41,600 nucleotides of DNA from Clostridiales bacterium (GTDB lineage Bacteria; Bacillota; Clostridia; Peptostreptococcales; Anaerovoracaceae): assembly GCA_009778945.1 (NCBI GenBank), contig WRFF01000001.1:1-41600 (forward strand). Direction: 5' to 3'. The notes under the pieces were generated by a model, which was given only the letters and a program-made list of their open reading frames with translations, was not told where the DNA came from and made no database searches. The translations under genes were made by a program, and so were the position numbers. This document shows positions 34,290-41,600 of this stretch, in pieces; the stretch's first letter is position 1; every line of letters starts with the position of its first letter.

Positions 34290-34335
34290 AAAAAACAGCT
34301 CCGCTGCTGCCAAAATAACAAGTGGTATGCGATAA

Positions 34336-35097
34336 ATGAAGATCGGAACAACCAAATATCCTATTAAACGCTATCAAGATGGCCGTTATTCGGAGCTGTT
34401 GGACGATGTGCTGGAGGAATATGTCCTGTCGATCTATCTGGAAGACGCGCTGCTGGTCAAGCTGATCTGCGTACCGGAATATCTGGAAGAACTTGTTCTC
34501 GGCTATCTATACTCGGACGGCCTCATCGCTTCGGCGGAGGACGTTGAATCCATCATGATTGAAGGCCAGGCCGCCCGCGTCACATTGGCCGCAGGCGCCG
34601 CGGCTGCGGCGGATTTGCAAAACGCGAAAGACGCAGACTTGATCGTCACGGACAGCGGTGATTTCGTCGAGGTCCCGTACCGGTTCCGGCGGCCGGCCGA
34701 GGTCGTTTTGCGGAAGGCGGAATGGGACCCGGATGTCGTCCTCCAAAACGCCAATCTGCTGCTCGAAAAATCCAAAATCTTTCGGGAAACCGGAAACGTC
34801 CATTCCGTCATGATCTGCCGCGGCGCGGAGCTGCTGTATTTCTGCGAGGACATCGGCCGCTACAACGCTTTCGACAAATGTATGGGCAGGGCGCTGAAGG
34901 ACAAGACGGACCTGTCCCACGCGTGCGTCTATACGAGCGGGCGTATCCCGAGTAGCATTGCGCTGAAGACGCTGCGCGCCGGGATCCCCATGATTGTCTC
35001 GCGCTCGGCCCCCACCGACCTGACCCTCCGCATCGCCGCCGAATACGGGCTGACCGTCGTCGGATTCGCCCGCGGGGACCGGTTTAATCTCTATTGA
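34336..35097 (+). CDS. fdhD: Formate dehydrogenase accessory sulfurtransferase FdhD
   Basis: 253 aa. The C-terminal TSGRIPSSIALKTLRAGIPMIVSRSAPTDLTLRIAAEYGLTVVGFARGDRFNLY is typical of FdhD, and the gene sits next to fdhA. Confidence 0.85.
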   Translation: MKIGTTKYPIKRYQDGRYSELLDDVLEEYVLSIYLEDALLVKLICVPEYLEELVLGYLYSDGLIASAEDVESIMIEGQAARVTLAAGAAAAADLQNAKDADLIVTDSGDFVEVPYRFRRPAEVVLRKAEWDPDVVLQNANLLLEKSKIFRETGNVHSVMICRGAELLYFCEDIGRYNAFDKCMGRALKDKTDLSHACVYTSGRIPSSIALKTLRAGIPMIVSRSAPTDLTLRIAAEYGLTVVGFARGDRFNLY

Positions 35098-35179
35098 GTT
35101 TCTTAATAAAAGTATGTGGATCTTGGGGATCGTTCAGTTTGCCTTTCACGGTTCGGTTTGGCCTCCTTTTGTTTGCCGT

Positions 35180-35857
35180 TCAGTCGAGCTTTACGCCGGC
35201 TTCATCCGCGAGGGCCTGGGTCAGGCGCCATACCTCGGTGCGCGGGTTTTGGTCGGCGTACTTCGTATCATCCGACCAGACGCCGGAAAGCCGCTTTGCG
35301 TTTTTGAGCGCACGCGCAGGGCTGCCTCCGCATTTTAGAATGTCGCCGAAAATAGAGTCTTTCGTCTTGACACCGCCGGAATACGTTTTTCGCCCCGAGA
35401 GCACGCCGCCCGCGCGGAAAATCTCCGTCAGTTTTGCGTTCAGCTCCTGCCTGGCCATCGCGCTGTCCGTATAATGGAAATGCAGATAGATCCAAAGCTC
35501 AAATGATTCGTTGGACCAGGCGGCGATATAGCGTTCAATGCCCGGATATGCTTTTCGCTGCAGGCCGGCGAGCTTGATCGCGTGATTGAAACTGCCTTTC
35601 CCAAACGCGTCCCGGTCGAATACGGCCGCCACATTGCCGCTCGGCAGGCGCATTTTGCCGTATTCCGTTTCGACGATTTCAAAGAAGCTTTCGGCGCTCC
35701 TGACGAGCGATTCCGTACCCCGTCCAACCCCTTTCACCTCCACAAGAGACGACAGATCCCTGCCGCCCCTGTCATAAAAATAGCTCAAAAGCCCGGCGAA
35801 ATAATTGGGCTCCGTCCTTGTCCCCTCGCATACGATCAACCATTGTCCGCTATCCAT
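35180..35857 (-). CDS. RloB-like (Toprim-related) protein, orphan
   Basis: 225 aa. LIVCEGTRTEPNYF...VFDRD...IAAWSNESFELWIYLHF matches the RloB family pattern. There is no adjacent AAA ATPase partner. Confidence 0.7.
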   Translation of the reverse strand: MDSGQWLIVCEGTRTEPNYFAGLLSYFYDRGGRDLSSLVEVKGVGRGTESLVRSAESFFEIVETEYGKMRLPSGNVAAVFDRDAFGKGSFNHAIKLAGLQRKAYPGIERYIAAWSNESFELWIYLHFHYTDSAMARQELNAKLTEIFRAGGVLSGRKTYSGGVKTKDSIFGDILKCGGSPARALKNAKRLSGVWSDDTKYADQNPRTEVWRLTQALADEAGVKLD

Positions 35858-35992
35858 TTATCCGATGCCGGTCATTCAGGATTCGTCGCATAACAAATTT
35901 GTATAATGCGGCGCTTTTCTGTTAAAAGAGAATTTGGATAATTTAACCTATTCATCATTCGGCTTCAAAATATATTGAATAATTTCTTACAA

Positions 35993-37735
35993 CTATAACG
36001 CCCGGCTTCTGTCGAAATAGCGGGTATGAAGAAGTTTGTGCGCCTTTTCGCCGAACGGCTCGCCCAGGAACTCTTCGTAGAGTTTTAGGACCTCTTTGTT
36101 TTCGTGTGCGCAGCGGATCGGGTTTTCGGCGTCTTCCTCGTAAAGGGCAAGCTGCCGCTTTTTCAGGATCCCGGCTATTTTTCCGGGATAAGAGGGCTGG
36201 CCGCCCCCGCCTATGCACCCGCCGGGGCAGGCCATGATTTCTATGGCATGATACTCGGATTTTCCGTCCCTTATATCCTCGAGAAGCCTTCTTGTATTTC
36301 CGAGCCCGTGCGCGATCGCGATATTCAGGCGCGTCCCGCTAAAATCGACGCTGGCTTCGCGAAGCCCCTCCATGCCTCGGAGCTGGCTGAATTCGATTTT
36401 GTCGAGCTTCTTATTCGTATACCGTTCATAAGCGGTCCGGACGGTCGCTTCTATGACGCCGCCCGTCGACCCGAAGATGGCGGCTGCGCCCGAAGACTCG
36501 CCCATAAGCGAATCGAACGCTTCGTCCGGCAGGCTCCCAAACGAAATCGCGGCTTCTTTGATCATTTCGGCAAGCTCTGTTGTGGTGATCACATAGTCCA
36601 CGTTCGCGAAATCGTGGTGCTCGAGCTCGGGGCGATGGAGCTCATATTTTTTGGCAAGGCAGGGCATCACGGAGACGACCGTCATATCTTCCGGCCGCAC
36701 GCCTACGCGCTCTGCGAAATATGTCTTGGCTACCACGCCGAACATCTCATGAGGCGACCGGCAGGTCGAAGGGATATCCAGGAGTTCCGGGAATTGAAAT
36801 TCTATGAAATTGATCCAGGCAGGGCAGCAGCTTGTGAGCATAGGAAAGCGCCCGCTGTTTTCGATCCTCTGCAGGAGTTCCGCAGCCTCTTCCATGACCG
36901 TAAGGTCTGCGGCAAAGTTCGTGTCCATCACATAGTCAAAACCGAGCCGCCTGAGGGCTGCGATCATTTTCCCCGTAACTCTCGCGCCGGGCTTCAACCC
37001 AAAGAGTTCGCCGAGCGCTACGCGGACAGCGGGCGCCGTCTGTACGACCACCAGTTTTTCCGGGTCGTTCAGCGCCTTCCATACTTCCCGGGTGTTGTCC
37101 GCTTTGACAAGGGCGCCCGTGGGGCATACGCTTACGCATTGTCCGCAATACGTACATTCGGTTTCGGATATCGGCGCGTCAAACGCCGTCCCGATCACCG
37201 TTTCGAAACCCCTGTTTATCGCGGAATATACGCCTACCGTCTGAACCACGTTGCACATCGTTTCGCAGCGGCGGCACAGGATGCATTTTTCGGGATCCCT
37301 GATCAGCGAATAATTGGAGATGTCTTTCGGATGGCTTTTTCGCTTGCCTTCCGGCGTGAATTCCTTGATATTCAGCGTTGCAGCCAATGCCTGGAGTTCG
37401 CATTTCAGATTTTTCTCGCAGACCAGACAGTCTTTCGGGTGATCAGACAGGATCAACTCGACGATCGCGCGCCGTGCGTTTACGGCCCTGGGGGAATTCG
37501 TATGGATGACCATACCCTCCGTCACCGCAGTGGCGCAGGCGGGGGCCAGCGTCCTCGCGCCTTCGACCTCCACCATGCAAACGCGGCAGTTTGCGCTTTG
37601 GTTGATCATATTGATATCGTGAAAATTCATGTGACACAGCGTTGGGATATTGACGTTCGCCAGTTTGGCGGCGTCAAGGATCGTAGTCCCTTCCGCTGCG
37701 GTTATCGGCATATTATTTATTGTGAGATTGATCAT
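35993..37735 (-). CDS. hydA: [FeFe] hydrogenase catalytic subunit (multimeric, bifurcating-type group A)
   Basis: 580 aa. H-cluster motifs TSCCPAW, MPCLAKKYE and EIMACPGGCIGGGGQP. N-terminal 2Fe-2S plus ferredoxin domains. Confidence 0.93.
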   Translation of the reverse strand: MINLTINNMPITAAEGTTILDAAKLANVNIPTLCHMNFHDINMINQSANCRVCMVEVEGARTLAPACATAVTEGMVIHTNSPRAVNARRAIVELILSDHPKDCLVCEKNLKCELQALAATLNIKEFTPEGKRKSHPKDISNYSLIRDPEKCILCRRCETMCNVVQTVGVYSAINRGFETVIGTAFDAPISETECTYCGQCVSVCPTGALVKADNTREVWKALNDPEKLVVVQTAPAVRVALGELFGLKPGARVTGKMIAALRRLGFDYVMDTNFAADLTVMEEAAELLQRIENSGRFPMLTSCCPAWINFIEFQFPELLDIPSTCRSPHEMFGVVAKTYFAERVGVRPEDMTVVSVMPCLAKKYELHRPELEHHDFANVDYVITTTELAEMIKEAAISFGSLPDEAFDSLMGESSGAAAIFGSTGGVIEATVRTAYERYTNKKLDKIEFSQLRGMEGLREASVDFSGTRLNIAIAHGLGNTRRLLEDIRDGKSEYHAIEIMACPGGCIGGGGQPSYPGKIAGILKKRQLALYEEDAENPIRCAHENKEVLKLYEEFLGEPFGEKAHKLLHTRYFDRSRAL

Positions 37736-37747
37736 TTTGCTCTCCCG

Positions 37748-39547
37748 CTATTTCAGTACAATCGCGTTCTTCGGACATTTGTCTGCGCAGACGCCGCATT
37801 TGATACAGTTTGCGGTGTCGATTTCGTGTACTTCTTTCACGCCTCCCTTTATGCAGGAAACGGGGCAGGCTCTTGCGCAAAGCGTGCAGCCGTTGCACAG
37901 TTCCGGAATGATGGTATACGAAGCCAGCGCCCGGCATACGCCGGCGGGGCAGCGCTTCTCCAGAACATGCGCCACATATTCGTCCCAAAAATCATCGAGC
38001 GTCGACAGTACGGGGTTGGGAGCGGTTTGCCCCAGTGCGCAGAGGGAACAATCTTTTATCACATGGCTGAAATACCGGAGGTTTTCCAGATCCTCCATGG
38101 TCCCTTCGCCTTCGGTGATCCGTTCAAGGATTTCAAGCAGCCGTGCGTTTCCGATACGGCAGGGCGTGCACTTTCCGCAGGATTCTTCAACTGTGAATTC
38201 CAGATAAAATTTAGCGAAATTCACCATGCAATCGTCTTCGTCGACGACGATCAAACCGCCTGAACCCATCATGCTGCCTGCGGCGTCGAGGGTGTCGAAA
38301 TCGACCTTTAAGTCGAGATTTTTTTCGGAGATCACCCCGCCGGAAGGGCCGCCGGTCTGGACGGCTTTGAATTTCCGGCCCCCGGGGACGCCGCCGCCGA
38401 TTTCCTCGATGATCTCTCTCAGGCTTACTCCCATCGGGACTTCGACAAGGCCGACGTTGTTGATCTTTCCGGCCAGGGCAAAGACCTTGGTGCCGGGAGA
38501 CCCCGGCGTCCCTATTTTTCGAAACCAGGCGCTGCCCTGCAAAATGATCTGCGGGATATTGGCGAAGGTCTCCACATTGTTGATATTGGTGGGTTTGCCC
38601 CAAAGGCCATTTGCCGCGGGGTAGGGGGGCTTCACATTGGGTTCGCCGCGCCCGCCTTCGACAGACTGCATCAGCGCGGTTTCTTCGCCGCAGACAAACG
38701 CGCCGGCGCCCAGGCTTATGTCTATGTGAAAGCCCCAGCCGCTGCCCAGGATGTCGTCGCCGAGGAAGCCTCGCTCTTCGGCCTGGCCCAGCGCTATCCG
38801 CAGACGTTCGACCGCCAGCGGGTATTCGGCGCGGATATAGATGACGCCTTCATCCGCGCCTATCGCGTATCCGCAGATGGCCATCGCCTCCAATATGCTG
38901 TGAGGATCGCCCTCTATGATCGCGCGATCCATAAAGGCGCCGGGATCGCCCTCGTCCGCGTTGCAGACCACGTATTTTTTATCGGAAACGGATTTCGCGG
39001 CAAACTCCCATTTCAGGCCTGTCGAAAACCCTGCCCCGCCGCGTCCTCTCAGGCCGCTTTCTTTGACCGTACGGACAATCTCCTCCCCGGTCATTTCGAA
39101 CAGCGCCTTCCGAAGGGCCTCGTACGCGCCCGCGGCAATCGCATTATCGATACTCTCAGGGTCGATCACCCCGCAGTTTTTAAGTGCGATTCGTTTTTGG
39201 CTCTTGTAAAACGGCATATCCAAATGGTGTGCGATGCGCTCTTTCGTATTCGGTTCCTCGTACAAAAGCCTCTCTACAATCTCGCCTTTGACGATATGGG
39301 TTTCGACGATATCCCTTGCGTCCTCCGCCGTTACTTTTACATAAAAAATATCTTCGGGCAGGATGGCCACGATCGGGCCCTGCTCGCAAAAACCGAGACA
39401 GCCAACCTTTACGACTTCCGCTTTCCCTTCCAGGCTTCTCGCCTTGATTTCTTCATTCAGCGCATGGAGGATACGGTCGCTTTCACAGGATATGCAGCCC
39501 GTGCCCGAACAAACGGTGACGCGCAGCTCGCTTTCTGTCTTACGCAT
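37748..39547 (-). CDS. hydB: HydB, NuoF-like flavoprotein subunit with an N-terminal [2Fe-2S] and C-terminal 2x[4Fe-4S] domains
   Basis: 599 aa. VCSGTGCISC, RGRGGAGFSTGLKW, CNADEGDPGAFMD, ESCGKCTPCRIG, and C-terminal CNGCTLCARACP / CIKCGVCADKCP. Confidence 0.92.
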   Translation of the reverse strand: MRKTESELRVTVCSGTGCISCESDRILHALNEEIKARSLEGKAEVVKVGCLGFCEQGPIVAILPEDIFYVKVTAEDARDIVETHIVKGEIVERLLYEEPNTKERIAHHLDMPFYKSQKRIALKNCGVIDPESIDNAIAAGAYEALRKALFEMTGEEIVRTVKESGLRGRGGAGFSTGLKWEFAAKSVSDKKYVVCNADEGDPGAFMDRAIIEGDPHSILEAMAICGYAIGADEGVIYIRAEYPLAVERLRIALGQAEERGFLGDDILGSGWGFHIDISLGAGAFVCGEETALMQSVEGGRGEPNVKPPYPAANGLWGKPTNINNVETFANIPQIILQGSAWFRKIGTPGSPGTKVFALAGKINNVGLVEVPMGVSLREIIEEIGGGVPGGRKFKAVQTGGPSGGVISEKNLDLKVDFDTLDAAGSMMGSGGLIVVDEDDCMVNFAKFYLEFTVEESCGKCTPCRIGNARLLEILERITEGEGTMEDLENLRYFSHVIKDCSLCALGQTAPNPVLSTLDDFWDEYVAHVLEKRCPAGVCRALASYTIIPELCNGCTLCARACPVSCIKGGVKEVHEIDTANCIKCGVCADKCPKNAIVLK

Positions 39548-40043
39548 CGTTTCCCCCGTCCCGGTATTCGTCCAGCAAGCCTTCTAAATCTTCCGGCTTT
39601 AAGCGGCCGAAGATTTTGCCGTTGACCGTGACGAGCGGCGCCAATCCGCAAGCGCCTACGCAGCGGACGGCGTCAAGCGAAAACAATCCGTCCGGCGTTG
39701 TTTCGCCGACTTCGATCCCGAGGCTCTTCTTCAGCTCGGCAAGGATGGCGTCCGCCCCCCTTACGAAACAGGCGGTGCCCATACAAACGGAGATCGCATA
39801 TTTGCCTTTCGGCTTTGTCTTAAAGAAAGAGTAAAAAGTGACGACCCCATAAACCCTGGACACGGGAACGCCCAGGCGGCCGGCTATGTGCCGCAGGGCT
39901 TCGGGCGGAAGATAGCCGATAAGTTTTTGCGCCTCGTGCAGGATGGGAATAAGCTTCCCGTCCGCCGAAGGAAGGGAAGCGATATAGGCGTCAAGCGCTT
40001 TCAGCGCATCCGCAAAGCTGTCTGTCCGATTGTTTTCAGCCAT
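39540..40043 (-). CDS. hydC: HydC, NuoE-like [2Fe-2S] subunit
   Basis: 167 aa. VCMGTACFVRG...RCVGACGLAPLVTVNG. 8-nt overlap with hydB. Confidence 0.9.
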   Translation of the reverse strand: MAENNRTDSFADALKALDAYIASLPSADGKLIPILHEAQKLIGYLPPEALRHIAGRLGVPVSRVYGVVTFYSFFKTKPKGKYAISVCMGTACFVRGADAILAELKKSLGIEVGETTPDGLFSLDAVRCVGACGLAPLVTVNGKIFGRLKPEDLEGLLDEYRDGGNDA

Positions 40044-40063
40044 AGTAGACCTCCATAAGGTTA

Positions 40064-40092
40064 ATTCTACTTACAAGTTTATCTCTTGTCAA
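40064..40092 (-). promoter_or_regulatory. Promoter of the hydCBA operon
   Basis: On the minus strand: TTGACA (plus-strand coordinates 40087-40092), 17-nt spacer, TAGAAT (40064-40069). SD GGAGGT before the ATG at 40043. Confidence 0.6.
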
Positions 40093-40117
40093 AGATTCGG
40101 GCAGAGAGAAGGTTTTT

Positions 40118-40146
40118 TTGACACAGGGGAAAATTTGCGCTAAGAT
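40118..40146 (+). promoter_or_regulatory. Promoter of ylxM-ffh
   Basis: TTGACA (40118-40123), 17-nt spacer, TAAGAT (40141-40146). Confidence 0.55.
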
Positions 40147-40187
40147 AGTATGTCAATAAAAATGTTTGACATGAAACACGGCGAAAT

Positions 40188-40556
40188 ATGCGAAGCGAAG
40201 AAGCGAAGAAAAGTTTGTTGTACGATTATTACGGCGCGCTGCTGGGAGAACGGCAGCGTGAAGCCTATATGTATTATTACGAGGACAATCTGACGCTCGC
40301 GGAGATCGCGGCGGAACTGGGCGTCACGCGGCAGGCGGTGCATACGGCGCTGAAGCGCGCGGAACAGGCGCTGGAAAGCTGTGAGCGGGAGCTCGGCCTG
40401 ATTGCGAAGCACGAGGCGTACGAGGAGGCCTTGGCGGAGACGGTTCGGCGTATCGACGTGATCCTGAGGGACAAAGTGCGTGCGGCGGGGATCGACGAGG
40501 CTGCGGCGAAAGACCTGCGGCGCATCAAAAAGATCATAAAGGAGCTGGATATTTAG
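40188..40556 (+). CDS. ylxM: YlxM (UPF0122) putative helix-turn-helix protein preceding ffh
   Basis: 122 aa. LLYDYYGALLGERQREAYMYYYEDNLTLAEIAAELGVTRQAVH. Conserved position upstream of ffh in Firmicutes. Confidence 0.85.
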   Translation: MRSEEAKKSLLYDYYGALLGERQREAYMYYYEDNLTLAEIAAELGVTRQAVHTALKRAEQALESCERELGLIAKHEAYEEALAETVRRIDVILRDKVRAAGIDEAAAKDLRRIKKIIKELDI

Positions 40557-40557
40557 C

Positions 40558-41600
40558 ATGGCGTTCGAAGGGCTTTCCGAAAAACTGCAGAGCGTATTCC
40601 GAAAACTGAGCGGGAAGGGCATCCTGTCCGAGCAGGATATCGATGCGGCGATGCGCGAAATCAAGCTTGCGCTGCTTGAAGCCGATGTGAATTTCAAAGT
40701 CGTCAAGGATTTTGTCGCCTCGGTCAAGGAAAAATCGCTCGGGCAGGAGATCCACGCGAGCCTCAATCCGGGGCAGCAGGTGGTGAAGATCGTCAAGGAC
40801 GAGCTCGTCGCGCTGATGGGCGGGACGAACAGCAAGCTGACTTATTCGCCGAGCGGCTTTACGATCCTCATGATGGTGGGGCTGCAGGGCACCGGCAAGA
40901 CGACGACCTGCGGAAAACTCGTGGGCTACCTGCGCAAGGACGGTAAGGACCCGATGCTCTGCGCCTGCGATATCTACCGGCCCGCGGCGATTGACCAGCT
41001 CGAAGTCGTCGGCGGCAAGGCGGGGGCCCCGGTCTACGCCGACCGGGATGAGAAGGACCCGGTGAAAATCGCGGAGGCTGGAATCAAGGAAGCCCGGCGG
41101 CTCGGAAAGAACGTGCTGATCGTCGACACGGCGGGCCGCCTGCAGATCGACGAGGCGCTGATGGAAGAACTGCGCGTATTGAAAAAAGCGATCCGGCCGC
41201 ATGAGATCCTCCTGGTTGTGGACGCCCTGATGGGGCAGGACGCCGTGAGTTCGGCGCAGGGGTTTGCGGAAGGCCTCGGCGTGGACGGCGTCATTATGAC
41301 GAAATTGGACGGCGATTCGCGCGGCGGCGCGGCGCTTTCCACAAAATCCGTCACCGGAAAGCCGATCAAATTCATCGGCGTCGGGGAAAAGCTTGACGCG
41401 CTTGAACCGTTCCATCCGGACCGTATGGCTTCGCGTATCCTGGGCATGGGCGATATGGAAACCCTGATCGAGCAGTTGCAGGAAGATTATGAAGACGAAA
41501 AAGCGGCCGAGCTTGAGCGCAAGATGCGCAAAAATGAGTTCACGCTCGAAGATTTTCTCGAGCAGATGGGGCAGGTTCGGAAAATGGGCGGTTTTGCAAA
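40558..41600 (+). CDS. ffh: Signal recognition particle protein Ffh (5' part; runs off the window)
   Basis: Hand translation: MAFEGLSEKLQSVFRKLSGKGILSEQDIDAAMREIKLALLEADVNFKVVKDF...GLQGTGKTTTCGKL. The frame stays open to the window end, so it is absent from the ORF track. Confidence 0.93.
   Translation, partial: MAFEGLSEKLQSVFRKLSGKGILSEQDIDAAMREIKLALLEADVNFKVVKDFVASVKEKSLGQEIHASLNPGQQVVKIVKDELVALMGGTNSKLTYSPSGFTILMMVGLQGTGKTTTCGKLVGYLRKDGKDPMLCACDIYRPAAIDQLEVVGGKAGAPVYADRDEKDPVKIAEAGIKEARRLGKNVLIVDTAGRLQIDEALMEELRVLKKAIRPHEILLVVDALMGQDAVSSAQGFAEGLGVDGVIMTKLDGDSRGGAALSTKSVTGKPIKFIGVGEKLDALEPFHPDRMASRILGMGDMETLIEQLQEDYEDEKAAELERKMRKNEFTLEDFLEQMGQVRKMGGFA

Noticed and set aside
1-41600. rRNA, tRNA, tmRNA, RNase P, SRP RNA, transposase or integrase genes, and prophage hallmarks.
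   Set aside because: I scanned the intergenic regions on both strands and found none of the conserved motifs I know for these features. A proper tRNAscan, Rfam or ISfinder search would be needed to exclude them formally.

Overview
GC-rich (high-50s % by eye) chromosomal segment from a Firmicutes/Clostridia-type bacterium; the type is inferred from the rpsB-tsf-pyrH-frr-uppS-cdsA and ylxM-ffh synteny. It has three parts. (1) 1-12.3 kb holds a lipoprotein gene, the translation and envelope housekeeping cluster, then xpt and a BMP-family nucleoside-type ABC transporter. (2) 12.3-14.3 kb is an accessory gap with a repeat element, iteron-like direct repeats and an orphan DUF4143 AAA ATPase. (3) 14.4-40 kb is a dense redox and C1 block. 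It starts with a ten-gene, translationally coupled operon that joins MetV/MetF (methylene-THF reductase) to an HdrC-like protein, four HdrA-like modules, two MvhD-like modules and Flx/sulfhydrogenase-beta-gamma-like NAD(P)H modules. One of these is a 1487-aa tandem-HdrA protein with a GltD-like insertion. No HdrB (CCG-domain) protein is present. After it come folD, fhs, a NuoE/NuoF-like pair, a Cys-type molybdopterin formate dehydrogenase, fdhD, an orphan RloB-like gene, and a trimeric HydABC-type [FeFe] hydrogenase operon on the minus strand. The best candidate for a new system is the MetFV-Hdr/Flx operon, which may be a new variant of electron-bifurcating methylene-THF reductase. The second notable item is a family of long imperfect palindromic elements, with at least four copies and copy-specific matching arms, scattered in the intergenic gaps. 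Two 243-bp copies in direct orientation bracket the essential-gene block. No rRNA, tRNA, CRISPR array, transposase or integrase was recognised.
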